Part shown: positions 1-12,699 of the stretch, piece after piece
Numbering within the stretch: the stretch's first letter is position 1
Layout of the letters: each line of letters starts with the position of its first letter
Notes under the pieces: generated by a model
Told to the model about the DNA's origin: nothing
Databases searched by the model: none
The model's input: the letters and a program-made list of their open reading frames with translations, nothing else
Made by a program: the position numbers and the translations under genes
Assembly: GCA_025558095.1 (NCBI GenBank)
Contig: JAIVFI010000031.1
Span: 248,001 to 312,000, forward strand
Reading direction: 5' to 3'
DNA: 64,000 bases
From: Hyaloraphidium curvatum SAG 235-1
Taxonomy: Eukaryota; Fungi; Monoblepharomycota

Positions 1-718
1 ATGTCTGTCCACACTGAAAAACCCCCATAGATGAAGCCGGGATTGCACCTGTCCGGGGTTTCCAGGAACGGCAGCGGGAACGCAGACATGTATCGCAGGG
101 TGAGCGACATTGTCAGGAAGAAGGGGAGCTGCACCCATGGCAGCAGAAAGGTCCGCCGGGGATGACAATCGTACGTCCGGTACAGTTCCTCGACCTTGTC
201 CCTCATCTGCGACATCCAATTAGGTGCCAGTAACTGTTGAGCCGTTCCCGCCTCACCAGCTGCCCAACGCGCTTCTCTGGTTGGGCCGATCCTCTAGCGC
301 CCGCTGCCATGGACTCCATGTCTACTTGCCGCCGGAAAGTCTGCTCCCAAGAGAGGATCACGGGTCGGAGGTTGCGGAGCCTTTGCTGACGGGTGCGCTG
401 CACCACCGCGATCGGAAGAGTAAGGAAAGTCCTCAAAGCCACTGTCACCACGACGATTGTGGCCCAGTACGGCAGTCCAGCGGCGTGAATAGTTTCCAGA
501 AGAGCCTGCGTGGCGATGAGGGGGTGAAAGGACGCCAGGGCCGGCGTGGTCGACATGTGGCGTCGTGTTGACGGCAGGATCGGTCGGCGACGAAACGGTC
601 CCGGTACTGAGCTCATGGAAGTCCCAAAGGTCCGCTCCGATAGCTTCCGAGGCCATGCAGGGGTTCCGGAGCTAGGAATCGGAGCAACTGTCCAGCTGCT
701 CATGGCGCTTCTCCGCAT
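1..718 (-). CDS. COX18: Mitochondrial inner-membrane insertase, Oxa1/YidC family (Cox18-like); 3' end outside window
   Basis: LETIHAAGLPYWATIVVVTVALRTFLTLPIAV, then after intron 207-256 CHPRRTFLLPWVQLPFFLTMSLTLR; Arg/Ser-rich presequence-like N-terminus. Start codon uncertain. Confidence 0.75.
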
Positions 719-936
719 CAGTGCATGTCCTCGCAAAACGGAGCCCCTCCAAAGACGACAAGAAAGAAGCATTGTTGGCTGCGCAGAACGCGCGCTGTCC
801 GCAGAGGGCAAGCTCTATGCAGCTTCGCGTGGTCGGTCTTCGAACACGGTCTGGCGCGGCGACCAATCAACGCTTGCCACGCGCCCATCCCCAACCCACG
901 GTCTCCGCGCGGCAATCATCCGCGCTCAGAGTGGCA

Positions 937-1972
937 ATGGGTTCGGCGACGCGACGGACGCGTTTCGCGTCACGCTTCGCGTCCGCCCTGCTTCTGGTTG
1001 CGGTCCTTGCTCTTTCGCTAGGACCCGCCCGCGCGCTCCACTTCTACCTGGAGGGCTCGGAGGAGAAGTGCTTTATTGAGGAGCTTCCGAAGGACACGCA
1101 CGTCGTCGGTTCGTGGCGGCGGGTCTGGCCTGGTCGACGGGAACCTGAGCCTCGGTGTCTTGGATAGGAACGTACCGAACGGAGGAGTTCAATGAGAACA
1201 TCCAGAAGTACGGCGTGAATCCTTCAGTGGCCGTGCAGATCACCGTGGAGGTTGGTCCTCATGGCCGAACAGAGACTCGGCTCCCGCTCAAAGGGCCCGC
1301 AGGAACTGCCGGATCGCCATCGAGTGCTGAACCAGAAGGGTGCAGCGCAAGGCAAATTCACCTTCACTTCCGCAGACGCGGGGGACCATGCGATATGCCT
1401 CTCGACCAGTGCTTCCAGCGGCTGGTTCACACGCTCCAAAATCGTGGGTCGATAGCTGAATTGGCGCGTTCGGCTTCCTAACCACTGCGAATCGGCTAGA
1501 GATTCCACCTGGAGCTTTCGATTGGCGATTCCCCGGCAGAATCAAGCGGGAACCAGGCAAAGGAGCTGCTTGGAGGTTAGTTATCTTGAACCGAATGGGG
1601 GTCCCGTATCAACTTCTATTGCCTCCACCAGACCTGGCGATGAAAGTCAGGGAGCTGAACAGCAGGGTTCAAAACATCCGTCGCGAGCAGCAATACCAGC
1701 GCGAGCGGGAGGCGGAGTTCCGCGACACATCTGAGCTGACAAACTCTCGGGTCATCTACTGGACCATCGCTCAGCTTCTTGTGTTGGGCATCACGGCCTA
1801 CTGGCAGCTCTCGTGAGTCTCTGTGGGCATGTGTTTTGCGATCTGCCGCTCACGTGGACGGACCATCTCCCCAGGCACCTCCAAAAGTTCTTCATTTCGA
1901 AGAAGGTTCGTGGACTCGAGCGGAACGGAGCGTGGTCAACTAATGCAAAGTCCCCACGTTTAGATCGTTTGA
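937..1972 (+). CDS. p24/emp24/gp25L family cargo receptor (Erp1/TMED9-like), multi-exon
   Basis: Signal peptide, LHFYLEGSEEKCFIEELPKDT GOLD start, EQQYQREREAEFRDTSELTNSRV coiled coil, TM helix, C-terminal FFISKK|IV* retrieval motif. Confidence 0.9.
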
Positions 1973-2102
1973 GGCATCCATGTAGTGCCCGTTCGCTGCA
2001 TCGAAGACAGGAGATTGCGCTCTAATCACTATCGACCATGTCAAGACAAAGAAGTTGAAATCGTCCTTCCCCCACTGTCCGCCAGCAACCATGGCTGAAG
2101 AT

Positions 2103-3783
<1,681 letters not shown>

Positions 3784-3937
3784 CGCGGTGGGAAAGCGAG
3801 GTCCCTAAAGCCTCGAGTGAAGCCGTGCCGCGGCCGCGAAGGGAACGGGAAACATTCAAACCACGCGGGAGAACTTTGGCGGATTTCCGCACTTCTTATC
3901 GGTGCCTGGCCGCGACGCGTCCCAGACGGCGGCACTG

Positions 3938-5532
3938 ATGCCGCTGCGGACCCGTGATGCGGCGGACTCCGAGCATGGCGACGGTGGCGGGCCTCCCGCG
4001 GCGCTGCCGTCGCCGTCACCACCTTCCGCGGCGCTCCCGCCACCGCCTCCCTCGAACCCTGCTTTAAACGCCCCGTTGCCATCTTCTGTGAATGCTGGGG
4101 ACGCCTCTGGTGGCAACTGGTCCGAACCTTCGGCGAGCACGCTCCCCCTGGCGGTCGTGACCCAGTCGCAGCAAACGTTGGAGGCCTCGGCGTCGGCACG
4201 GACCGTGAACGACAAGAGATCGTTCGACTACGTTTGGAGATCGCTGGTCGCAGGCGGGGTCGCAGGCTGCGTGGCCAAGACGGTCATTGCGCCGCTAGAC
4301 CGCGTGAAGATCCTCTTTCAGACCAACAGCCCGAAGTACCGGCATCATTCGGGTGGGCGGCTTCGTGGGAACGTCCGGTTCACGGAGCGCCTAACTCTGC
4401 GATTGCAGGGTCTTTCCGCGGCGTCTTCACCGCCGCGCGGGAGATTCACGGCGAGCATGGTGTGCGTGGGCTGTTCCAGGGGCATCTCGCGACACTTCTC
4501 CGCATCTTTCCCTATGCCGCCGTCAAGTTCATGGCATTTGAGCAGTACAAGCTCGTTGGTGTCCCCCGCGGTGTTCTTCGAGCTTCCGTCGCTAACATGG
4601 TGTCCCAGCTTCTCATGCCCACTCCAGAGCAGGAAACGAGCTTTCGGCACTTGATGGCTGGCTCCATGGCCGGTTGGTGCCCATTCCGGAGATGACTAGA
4701 TCTCTGTCTGACGCCCAGCTCTTTGGCAGGGGTGACGTCGGTGTTTTGCACGTATCCTTTGGAGCTGATCCGCGTCCGGATGGCGGTGACAACCACCAGC
4801 ACGGGAGGGTTGCTGGGCACCGTGAACCGGATCTTCCACGAACCGAATCCTCTCTTTGACCGGATTAGCTCTGCTCTGCACGTCGGAGGCTCGGGAATCG
4901 GAAATCAGCCTCTGAACCCAGGAACGGCGCCCGGCTCATCGGTCGCCGCCACATCCTACCCTCGCGCTCTACTGCAGTCTTTTTTCAACGACGCGAGAGG
5001 CGTGGCGAACTTTTACCGCGGGTTCTTGCCGACAATCTACGGCATGATTCCCTACGCGGGCGTTTCTTTCTGGACCTATGACGTGGTGACGCAACTGCTG
5101 AAGACGTCGTTTGGAAAATGGACGATCATGCCTGCGGGCTCGGGCCCACCTCGCGCCGTGGGGAAGAAGGGACGGTCCTCCAAGGAGCACCTGAAGGTGT
5201 GGGCCCAGCTCTTTGCGGGAGCCGTGGCGGGCGCCGTGTCGCAGACGTGTTCCTACCCGCTCGAGGTGATCCGGCGACACATGCAGATTGCCGGCTCGCC
5301 CGAGTTGTCGGCAGCGAACCCAAACACGCCTGCCGGCAGGGTTCACGGCCAGCACCGCCATGCGGTTCCGCATTACCGGAACACGTGGCAAACGGCGCGG
5401 CACATCTACGAAGTGCGCGGATGGAGGGGATTCTTTGTCGGCCTCAGTATTGGCTACCTCAAGGTCACGCCGATGGTCGCGGTCTCTTTCGCCGTCTACG
5501 AGCAGATGAAGCGGCTACTAGCCATCGACTGA
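3938..5532 (+). CDS. LEU5: Mitochondrial carrier, CoA-transporter type (Leu5/SLC25A16-like)
   Basis: SLVAGGVAGCVAKTVIAPLDRVKILFQ, FQGHLATLLRIFPYAAVKFMAFEQYK, TYPLELIRVRMA, GFFVGLSIGYLKVTPMVAVSF. Confidence 0.85.
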
Positions 5533-5549
5533 TCCGCGCTGTTCGCTCG

Positions 5550-7507
5550 TCACTTTTTGAGGCCGCGCATCAGCCACGCGGGCATCTTGGCCCCCTTCTC
5601 CTTCCCACTACCGTCTTCCGTCTTCTTCTCCGCGGCGGCGACAGCGGGCGTCGGTCGCGCCGCGGGTGCCTTCTCGTCAACGCTCATGTCCTCGGCACCC
5701 ACGACTGGCGCGCTGGCGGTTCTCGGGTGCGGTTTGAGCTGCTTCGCAGCCTCGCTCGAGAGATAGACTACCGTCCCGCCCGGGATCTTCCAGGAGAGGT
5801 GCACATTGCACGCGGGGGCCATGCCGGATGCGACAAAGGACGCTGCTGGGTCAAGTTCTTTCTTCGACAATCCGGGTGTTGCTGGAAAGGGAACAGGTTG
5901 AAGTCCTCTGAGGCGAGACGGGCGAGGGGGATGAGTGACTTACTGAGGTGGAACTCTCTCTTGGCGTCCTGTAGGACGGACGAGATCACGGAATACAGCT
6001 CCGATACTGGCGAATGCAATCAGAGCTTGTGAGACGGTCCTTCGATGTGCACGCACCCGGCTCTTCGCTCCAAAACGTGGCCTCGAGCGAGACCATGTCG
6101 GGGAAGCGTACTCGGATCCGTGTTTTTGGGTATTTGGTCTTCCGGAGCTGCAGCTCCTTTGCCTTCTCCTGGTCCCGCAGTTCCTTCGTCATCAGGGGTC
6201 GGTTCAAAAGCTTCTCGGTCTGCCTCCGGCTCTGAGCGAGCAGTAGCTTGAGCTCCGCTTGGGAAAGTTCGAAGAACGAATCAGGCAGTTCGACTGAACG
6301 CGGGAGATTAGGTGAGAGCCAAGCCCATTCGCACCGAGGGCTTCACGTACTCGACGCCGCTCCCTCTCCGGCAGGCGGAGGCTGGAAAAGCGACACATTC
6401 CTGTCCAGCGGTCCACCGTCGTCCGCCTCCGCGGCAGCGGGTTCCGAGTCGGGCGGAAGTTGCCCTCCGGATCCAGGTCCTTCAACGGATTGCAATGGTT
6501 CACGTGGCAGATCGTCCGGCTTCCGCATCTCGGTAGCGGACGGAGCCGGCGCAGCACTGGCAGAAATGTCCGATGGTCCGCCAACCGGTGACGCTTGCCC
6601 TGCGCTACCAGCGTCCACCAACGGCGTCGCAGCAGTATGCGCCGTGGCCGGAGAGGACCCGGGTGCTCGAGCGGGTTCGGGGCCGGCTTGGGGTGCTTTT
6701 CGTGCACACTCAATGGCCTGCATCAGCGCCTCGTTCAAGGTGATATCGGAATGCCGAAACAGCACGCGGATGAGACCGCTGCCCGAAGACAGGCCCGCGG
6801 CGGCGAGGGTCGTGTCGTGCAGCGTGGGGATCGAGGAAAACTCGTTGTTCATGACGATAAGCACTGGCATCATGTAAACCGGCGTCCGTTTGTCCGCAAA
6901 GCTCTTCAGCGCCTTCAGAAGCGGGTTGCTCGAATCCGCCGGAGGTACCGCCTCCCGGCGGGTGAGGTTTATGGGACTTGACGGACAGCAGTCAGCAGTT
7001 TCCAATACTCTGCAATCGATGAAGAGCCCACTTGGTCTCCTGAGTCTCAAAGTGACGAAGGACATTCCACAGCGTGGTGGACGACTTGAACTTGCCAACG
7101 AACCTGCCTTCCTCCAGCTGAAGCGCAACAGCCACCTCTGCGGACGCAGACGCTAGAGCAACAGTGCTGTATGAGACCCGGTGTTTGCGCCGCGCGCCCG
7201 GCAGCAACGTGCCTTGGGACGTCGAGACCCGGACCAGTTCGAGCTTGGCTCCCGGCGCCAGATTCGCGAACCGCATGGAAAGCGACAGATCCAGCACCGT
7301 CTTATTGTGCCTTTGCGATCCGGCAGAGTCATTAGCCTCCCGCACCGCGATGAAGCGCCGCCAGAGGACCCACTTGAGGCCGTATCCCGCGGGCTCCACC
7401 TTGCCCTTCTCGCACGCCTGCGCGAGGACTTGGGCCAGAGACATCGTGGGCGTCGTCTTAATCATCAGCTTCCGGTTATCCGGAAGCACAATGTTCACCG
7501 CGCTCAT
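5550..7507 (-). CDS. TUG/ASPSCR1-like UBX-domain p97 adaptor (Ubx4-like)
   Basis: N-terminal ubiquitin-like domain (KTTPTMSLAQVLAQAC...LDLSLSMRFANLAPGAKLEL) and C-terminal UBX (KYPKTRIRVRFPD...LEATF). Confidence 0.85.
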
Positions 7508-7689
7508 CGTGAATGAGCGCAGTGGCAACGGGGCAGATAGTGGTGTTTTCAAAACAACCGGGACTCTGTGCCAAAAGAAGTTCTATATCACTACCTAAAG
7601 CGAATATAGGCCCTTGAATTCCTAATCACCGCATATCATTCTGACGCTCTGACGCTTTGATCGCTTCACGTCTCTATCTGCACTATAAG

Positions 7690-8714
7690 CTAAACAACAA
7701 CTACCAAATTGCCGAGCTGGAAGCGCACGTCAATCGTCAGCGTCGTCAGCCCGGTGGTCATGGGGAAGGCGGTTCCGGAATTCTGGCCGATGAAGTCGAT
7801 GATCAGAGGCTTGATCCTCAGGTACCGAAAGTGCATCAGAATGGGTATTGCGTCGATGTTTTGAACCGTCCTGGTCGAGCTATGAAGTCAGTAGTAGAGG
7901 TCTCGATCGATGATTGCTTACGCACTGCCAGAGGGCGGGTCCGTTGAAGACGTTCTGGCAGAAGACCTTGATGACCGCCTGTGCAGGCGGAAACCCGGGC
8001 GTGCCTTGATGTCCAGGTATGAGCAATATGGCAAGGATGTGGGGCGCCAGTCCGTTCATGATGGCATTGCCAAGCGCCCGGAACTCCCTGTTGACCATGT
8101 TGGTTGTATCACCGTTGGCGATCTGGAAGTAGCGTCCGATGGATCCCGATTGCATTCCGTGGTTCATCCCCATATTGATCACATTCATTTTCTTAACTGC
8201 CGGACCGACGGGCTGCGCCATCAGGATGTTTCCATGGAGCACCCTATTCATTGCGTGCAACGGGAACCAGGGAGGCATTGGCAGCCACCAAAAAGGGTTG
8301 TATGCTGGATTGAAGACCGCCAGAGAAGGTATGAGGGCCCACTGCAAGGGGCCGAAGACGCCAAAGTTTTGAAGAAAGTTGTGCACAGTCCCGTGCACGG
8401 TGGGATCGTAGACCAGGGCGCCCCAACGCACCCGAATGAAGTGGTCTATGGAAAGAAAATCCCGAGGACCGGCCAATGCCAGGGGAAAAGCCATGTGCCG
8501 GCCTCAAGAAACCGGGGGTGCAGAGGATTGACGGGATTCGCGCGGGGATCCGTGCTCGAGCCGGGTGAGCCGAACCCCAGTCAACCTCATTCACACAATT
8601 CCTGCAGTTCGTTGGTGAGCTCGACTCGGGATTGCCTCCGACGTAGTCGCTGACCTTCTTTCTTTCAGACGTCGGTAGTTTTGCGCCCCGCTTCGCTCTC
8701 CGCCGGCATGGCAT
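7690..8714 (-). CDS. Orphan protein with CxxC...DH (HNH/His-Me-finger-like) motif, divergent from the Fanzor gene
   Basis: Exon 1 from ATG 8714 (KLPTSERKKV...CRNCVNEVDW); acceptor ttttctttccatAG at 8446 gives D-H-F-I-R-V-R-W-G; intron 7880-7925 (GTGCGT...ctactgac...catAG) adds STRTVQNIDAIP...LVVVV*. Function is inference. Confidence 0.5.
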
Positions 8715-8980
8715 TCGGGTGCCGAGTCCGAGTCCGCCTCGCCGGCCGCATGGCCATCCACTGCACCAGCCGGGTCTAGGTGGGCCGCAAGTACACGGTT
8801 CGCTAAGTGCGCGATTCTGACCTCGCACTCGTTCCTTCTACACCTCCTCCAGGGCGCTGGTGACCAGAGCCGCCATTGCCTCCGACCTCGACCCCTGCCC
8901 AAGTCACCGAATCGAGGTCCGTTCCCTCGACCGTCGACGTGTATCAATCGAGCTCTAACATTGTTTGCAACAGCAGTGAC

Positions 8981-11900
8981 ATGGGGTCGAAACGAGGTCG
9001 AACATCGGACAAGGGGTCGGACAGCGACGATCCCGGCGAAGGGTCTTCGGCACTCCCACCTGCTCCCCGGAAGCGCGCCAACCAAACCAGCGAGTCCGAG
9101 GTCGTCGATGCTGCAGCTCAGCTTCCCGTGGCCGTGGCGGTGCCGCCCAACTCCGAGTCCGACGACACGGAGCTCGCATCGTCGCTGGTGGCCGCCGTGT
9201 CGCAGAATGACACCGAGTCGGATGACTCCCGGCCCAAGGAGGCGATTCCCCAGAAGCGGCCCCGCAAGGACGGCGACAAGGGCAAGGAGCAGGCCGAACC
9301 CGTCCCCTCGTCTCCGAAAGGCCCCGAGCCCAAGAAGGCGAAGAAGAAGGGCTACGATGCCGCCGCCGCCGCTGCCCAGGCTGCCCTGGCGCCCGAACAT
9401 TCTGCCCACCTCGAGCAGGCCAACGTGCCCACCGGTTGCCCCGCCCTGCTTTGCGGAAACACTGATCATTGGGATACCGGTCACGGCGACGGGAGCGGCT
9501 GCCAGTTATTTCCCTGCGGGAGCGTCTACCACAACACCAAGGAACATCTGAAGCGGCCCGATCCCCGCATGCCTTTCATGTGCCCGCACTGCGACCCGCT
9601 CAACACACTCGACCACGACGAAGATTTCCACTCGGTCTGCGGCACGTGTGGCGAGCTTGACCATGGCGACATCGCCCACGCGCATCCTTGCGACGCCCTC
9701 GTGTGCACCGGGAGGATCTGGGCGTCGCGTTCAAAGGAGGAACTGTGGGAGATGGTCGCAAATGGCTTCCTGTCCGAGAACGTGCTGTACTCGTGGTTCC
9801 CTCTGATCTCGTACGAGGACCACGTGCTCGAGCACAAGCATAGCTTCGTTTCCGCAGAGGAGCCCAACGGTTGCCGGCCTTTCCTCGTTCACTGCGGCTC
9901 GCTGGGCCACACGCGCGCGGCGCACGGCGGGGTAGAGCCTCTGTACTGTTCGCAGTGCGGATCGTTTGAGCACCGGGCCAAGGAGCACGTGCACTACATG
10001 TCTGCGTGCCACACGAGCGCCAACGGCTGCGGACAAAGGGGTCACTCGAAGGTTACCGCCGGGGCCTGCGTGTTCAACATCAACGATCTGAAGAAGCTCA
10101 CGCCCAAGGAGGCGCTGGACGAGCTCATGGGCCCGCAGTCTGCCCAGAGGACCGTTGTTATGGCGTTCCAAAAGTTCTTCAGGTATGGGGACCGGACGGC
10201 GCGGGAACCCGCGAGCCCAGAGGAGGAACTAGCTGCCACGCTCTACGAGGTCATCGAGGATGCCATCGGGCGGTTCACGAAGATTTCGTTCGAGATGTCT
10301 CTGTTCATGGACCTCTTCTTCAAGTACGTGCGCGACTTGCGGCTACTGGGAGGGGACCTTCGGTACCCTCACCTGGACATGAGCCTCGGCCTGAACGCCT
10401 TCTTCGCCGTGGCGGCGCCACTCGACGGCGACGAAGACCACGCCGATACTCTGGTGCCGCTTCTGAACACGTTCCGCGACACGGAATGGCTGGGCTGCGT
10501 CAAACGAGCTGCTCGTCATGGTTACAAGCGGACCTCACGGATTGGCCTCGGCCAGATCATGCGGACCGCTTCGCAAGGCTACGTGACGGCTGCCATGAAC
10601 TCGGTGAAGGGAAACCTGCACGATCGGGTGCGCGCGTGGACGATCTGCAGGATTCGCATCCGGCTGCACAAGCACGGTCGTTTTGGCCCCCAGCAACCAA
10701 ACCAGGGCCGTACGCTCACCAAGGGTGAAACCACGGCCATCGCGACCCACTTTGTCAACAGCCTGAAGTTCTGGGATCCGAGGGAGCACCCCGCCAACAC
10801 GAACCGGCCCTTCACGCTGCCAAACAACGAGCTCTACGACAAGGTCACGACCGACCCGCTGCTCCTGGAGATCTGCCGCGACGTCTACACCGAACTGCGC
10901 GACGACCTGCTCAAGGGTCTCTACCTCAACCCGTACTGGGTCGCGTACCACTGGCAGAGGTTCTTCGACGTCCTGTTCCGCATCCAGCGGGAGCACGAGG
11001 AGCTGCGCAAGAAGCTGGTGCAGTGGACGGAGAACTTGAGCAAGAGCGAGAGGAAGTTCGCTCTCCGCAACTTTCCCTACAACCACAAGCTCGTGAAGCC
11101 CTTCAACGTCCTCCCGCGCTTCTCGATCGAAGCCAAGCACATCCTCATCGACCGCATCGCTCTTCACCAGCTCCTCCAGGTGGCGCAGCGGCGGCTCGGC
11201 CAGGAGCCCACCTCGCTGGCCGACTACCTCGCCGCGGAAGCCGAGGATCCGGAGCACTGGTGGCGCATGTTCTTCCGGCCGGAGAAGGTCAACACCGGCG
11301 GCGCCAAGAACCCGTCGAGGCACTTCGACTACTCCTTCTCCACCAACGCCGTGCAGGCCTCGATCACGGTTCGCGTGCGGAAGCCGTCGGAGGAGCAGCC
11401 CGGCACGTCGTTCTCCGACATCAAGATCCCCGGCATGTCCGTTGCCGGGCTCGACCCCGGCAGCACAGCCATCCTCACGGTTTCGACGGGCCTCTCAACG
11501 CCGGGGGACGACAAGCACCACGGCCACAGCAAGGCCGTCAGCGTCTCCGCGGGCGAGTACTACCACCTCGCCCGGTACAAGAACAACACGTGGAAAGCAA
11601 ACCAGCGCAAGAAGCGGCACCCGTCCATCCTCGAGATCGAGCGCGACACGCCCGTGGCCAAGGCCTCCACGGTCGCGGACACCAAGCTGTACATCCACCA
11701 CTGTCTCAAGCACCTCTCCACGATCGTCGGCTTCTACGGGACAAAGGTCCACCGGCGGTCTCGGTTCGACCGGTACATCGGCAAGCACACCGCGCAGGAA
11801 GCAGTTGCCGAGAAGGTCATTGAGGGCTGCGGCGTCGAAGCGGAGCGCCTTATACTTGCGTTCGGCAAGGCCAGGTTCCGTCACAACATGCGCGGCGGCG

Positions 11901-12297
11901 TAACGACTCCAGGGTCGGCACTGGCGTGGCTGAAGCGCATCCTGCGCCGGCGCGGCGTCACGGTCACCGAGGACGTGGACGAAGACATGACGTCGCAGAT
12001 CTGCGCGGCGTGCTGGGAAAAGGTCGGCAAACAACACCCGAAGAACGGGCACTACCAGATCAAGGATTGCAGAAATCCGGAGTGTTTGATCAAGTGCTGG
12101 AATCGGTTCGTTGTGTTGGGTTCTCTGCACGCCGTTCCTGACTCTTCGATCGCAGGGACGTCATGGCTGCCACCAACATCCGCACCATTGCCTTGTCGGA
12201 GATCCTCCACGGAGGCAGGCCTCCCGTGTTCTACTCGACGCGGAGGGCCAACTTCGAGGGACGCGATCCGGCGAGCGCGAGTGTCATCGTCAACTAG
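8981..12297 (+). CDS. Fanzor (eukaryotic TnpB/Cas12-like RNA-guided RuvC nuclease), ~1088 aa; exons 8981-12105 and 12156-12297
   Basis: RuvC-I VAGLDPG (D at 11453); Gly in LILAFG where TnpB has Glu; relocated Glu in VDEDMTSQICAAC (E at 11981); C4 zinc finger CAAC...CRNPEC; RuvC-III WNRD-V-M-A-A-T-N-I restored by removing intron 12106-12155. Confidence 0.9.
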
Positions 12298-12569
12298 GGT
12301 CTTTTGGCCCTCCAACGACTCCTGCGTGTGTGACGATCCCGCTCAACGGTCAACTCTTGCGATCTTGAGTTCGCTCTCGAAAGCAAGGGTCGTGGCCGAT
12401 CCGATCCCGACTGAGCTATGCAATGATGTTTTGATCGGGCGGGGCATCTATCCGCGGGCTCGGTCCGGGCGATCAGTGATCCTGAGAAGACCCCGGCGGG
12501 TGGGAGCAGGAACCAAAACAATGGAGGTGGGGTTCATTGCTCCGGAGTCGGCGTAACCAATCGCCGTAG
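12297..12569 (+). ncRNA. Candidate Fanzor omegaRNA scaffold / element right end
   Basis: Directly follows the Fanzor stop. Visible stems: 12297-12305 with 12485-12493; 12347-12398 long hairpin capped by gag-TTCG-ctc; 12401-12406 with 12433-12438; terminal hairpin 12549-12566. Exact RNA boundaries unknown. Confidence 0.55.
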
Positions 12570-12699
12570 TACGAGCAGGATGCCGGGAGGTATTGTGGTT
12601 GGCTTAGTTGTTGGTTTCTTAGAGGCTCCCGTTCATTCTGTAAACGGTACTATCGAAGGAAGGATCTCACGGAAGCAGAGATCAAGACATGCGAAACAG

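Larger units (their letters stand above)
7582..12570. mobile_element. Putative non-autonomous Fanzor-carrying element (ends tentative)
   Basis: Two non-housekeeping genes between conserved genes; AT-rich left edge beginning TCTATATCACTACCTAAAG; right edge with hairpin followed by TAG/T. No transposase ORF, long TIR or TSD recognised. Confidence 0.45.

Noticed and set aside
7680-7710. Possible terminal inverted repeat with the GT-rich stretch at 12589-12622
   Set aside because: Only loose compositional similarity, and the left copy is the end of a coding exon.
8876-12556. The 1226-aa ORF taken at face value
   Set aside because: It starts at TTG upstream of a likely UTR intron, and its last ~150 aa are intron read-through. 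The spliced 8981-12297 model restores the RuvC-III Asp.
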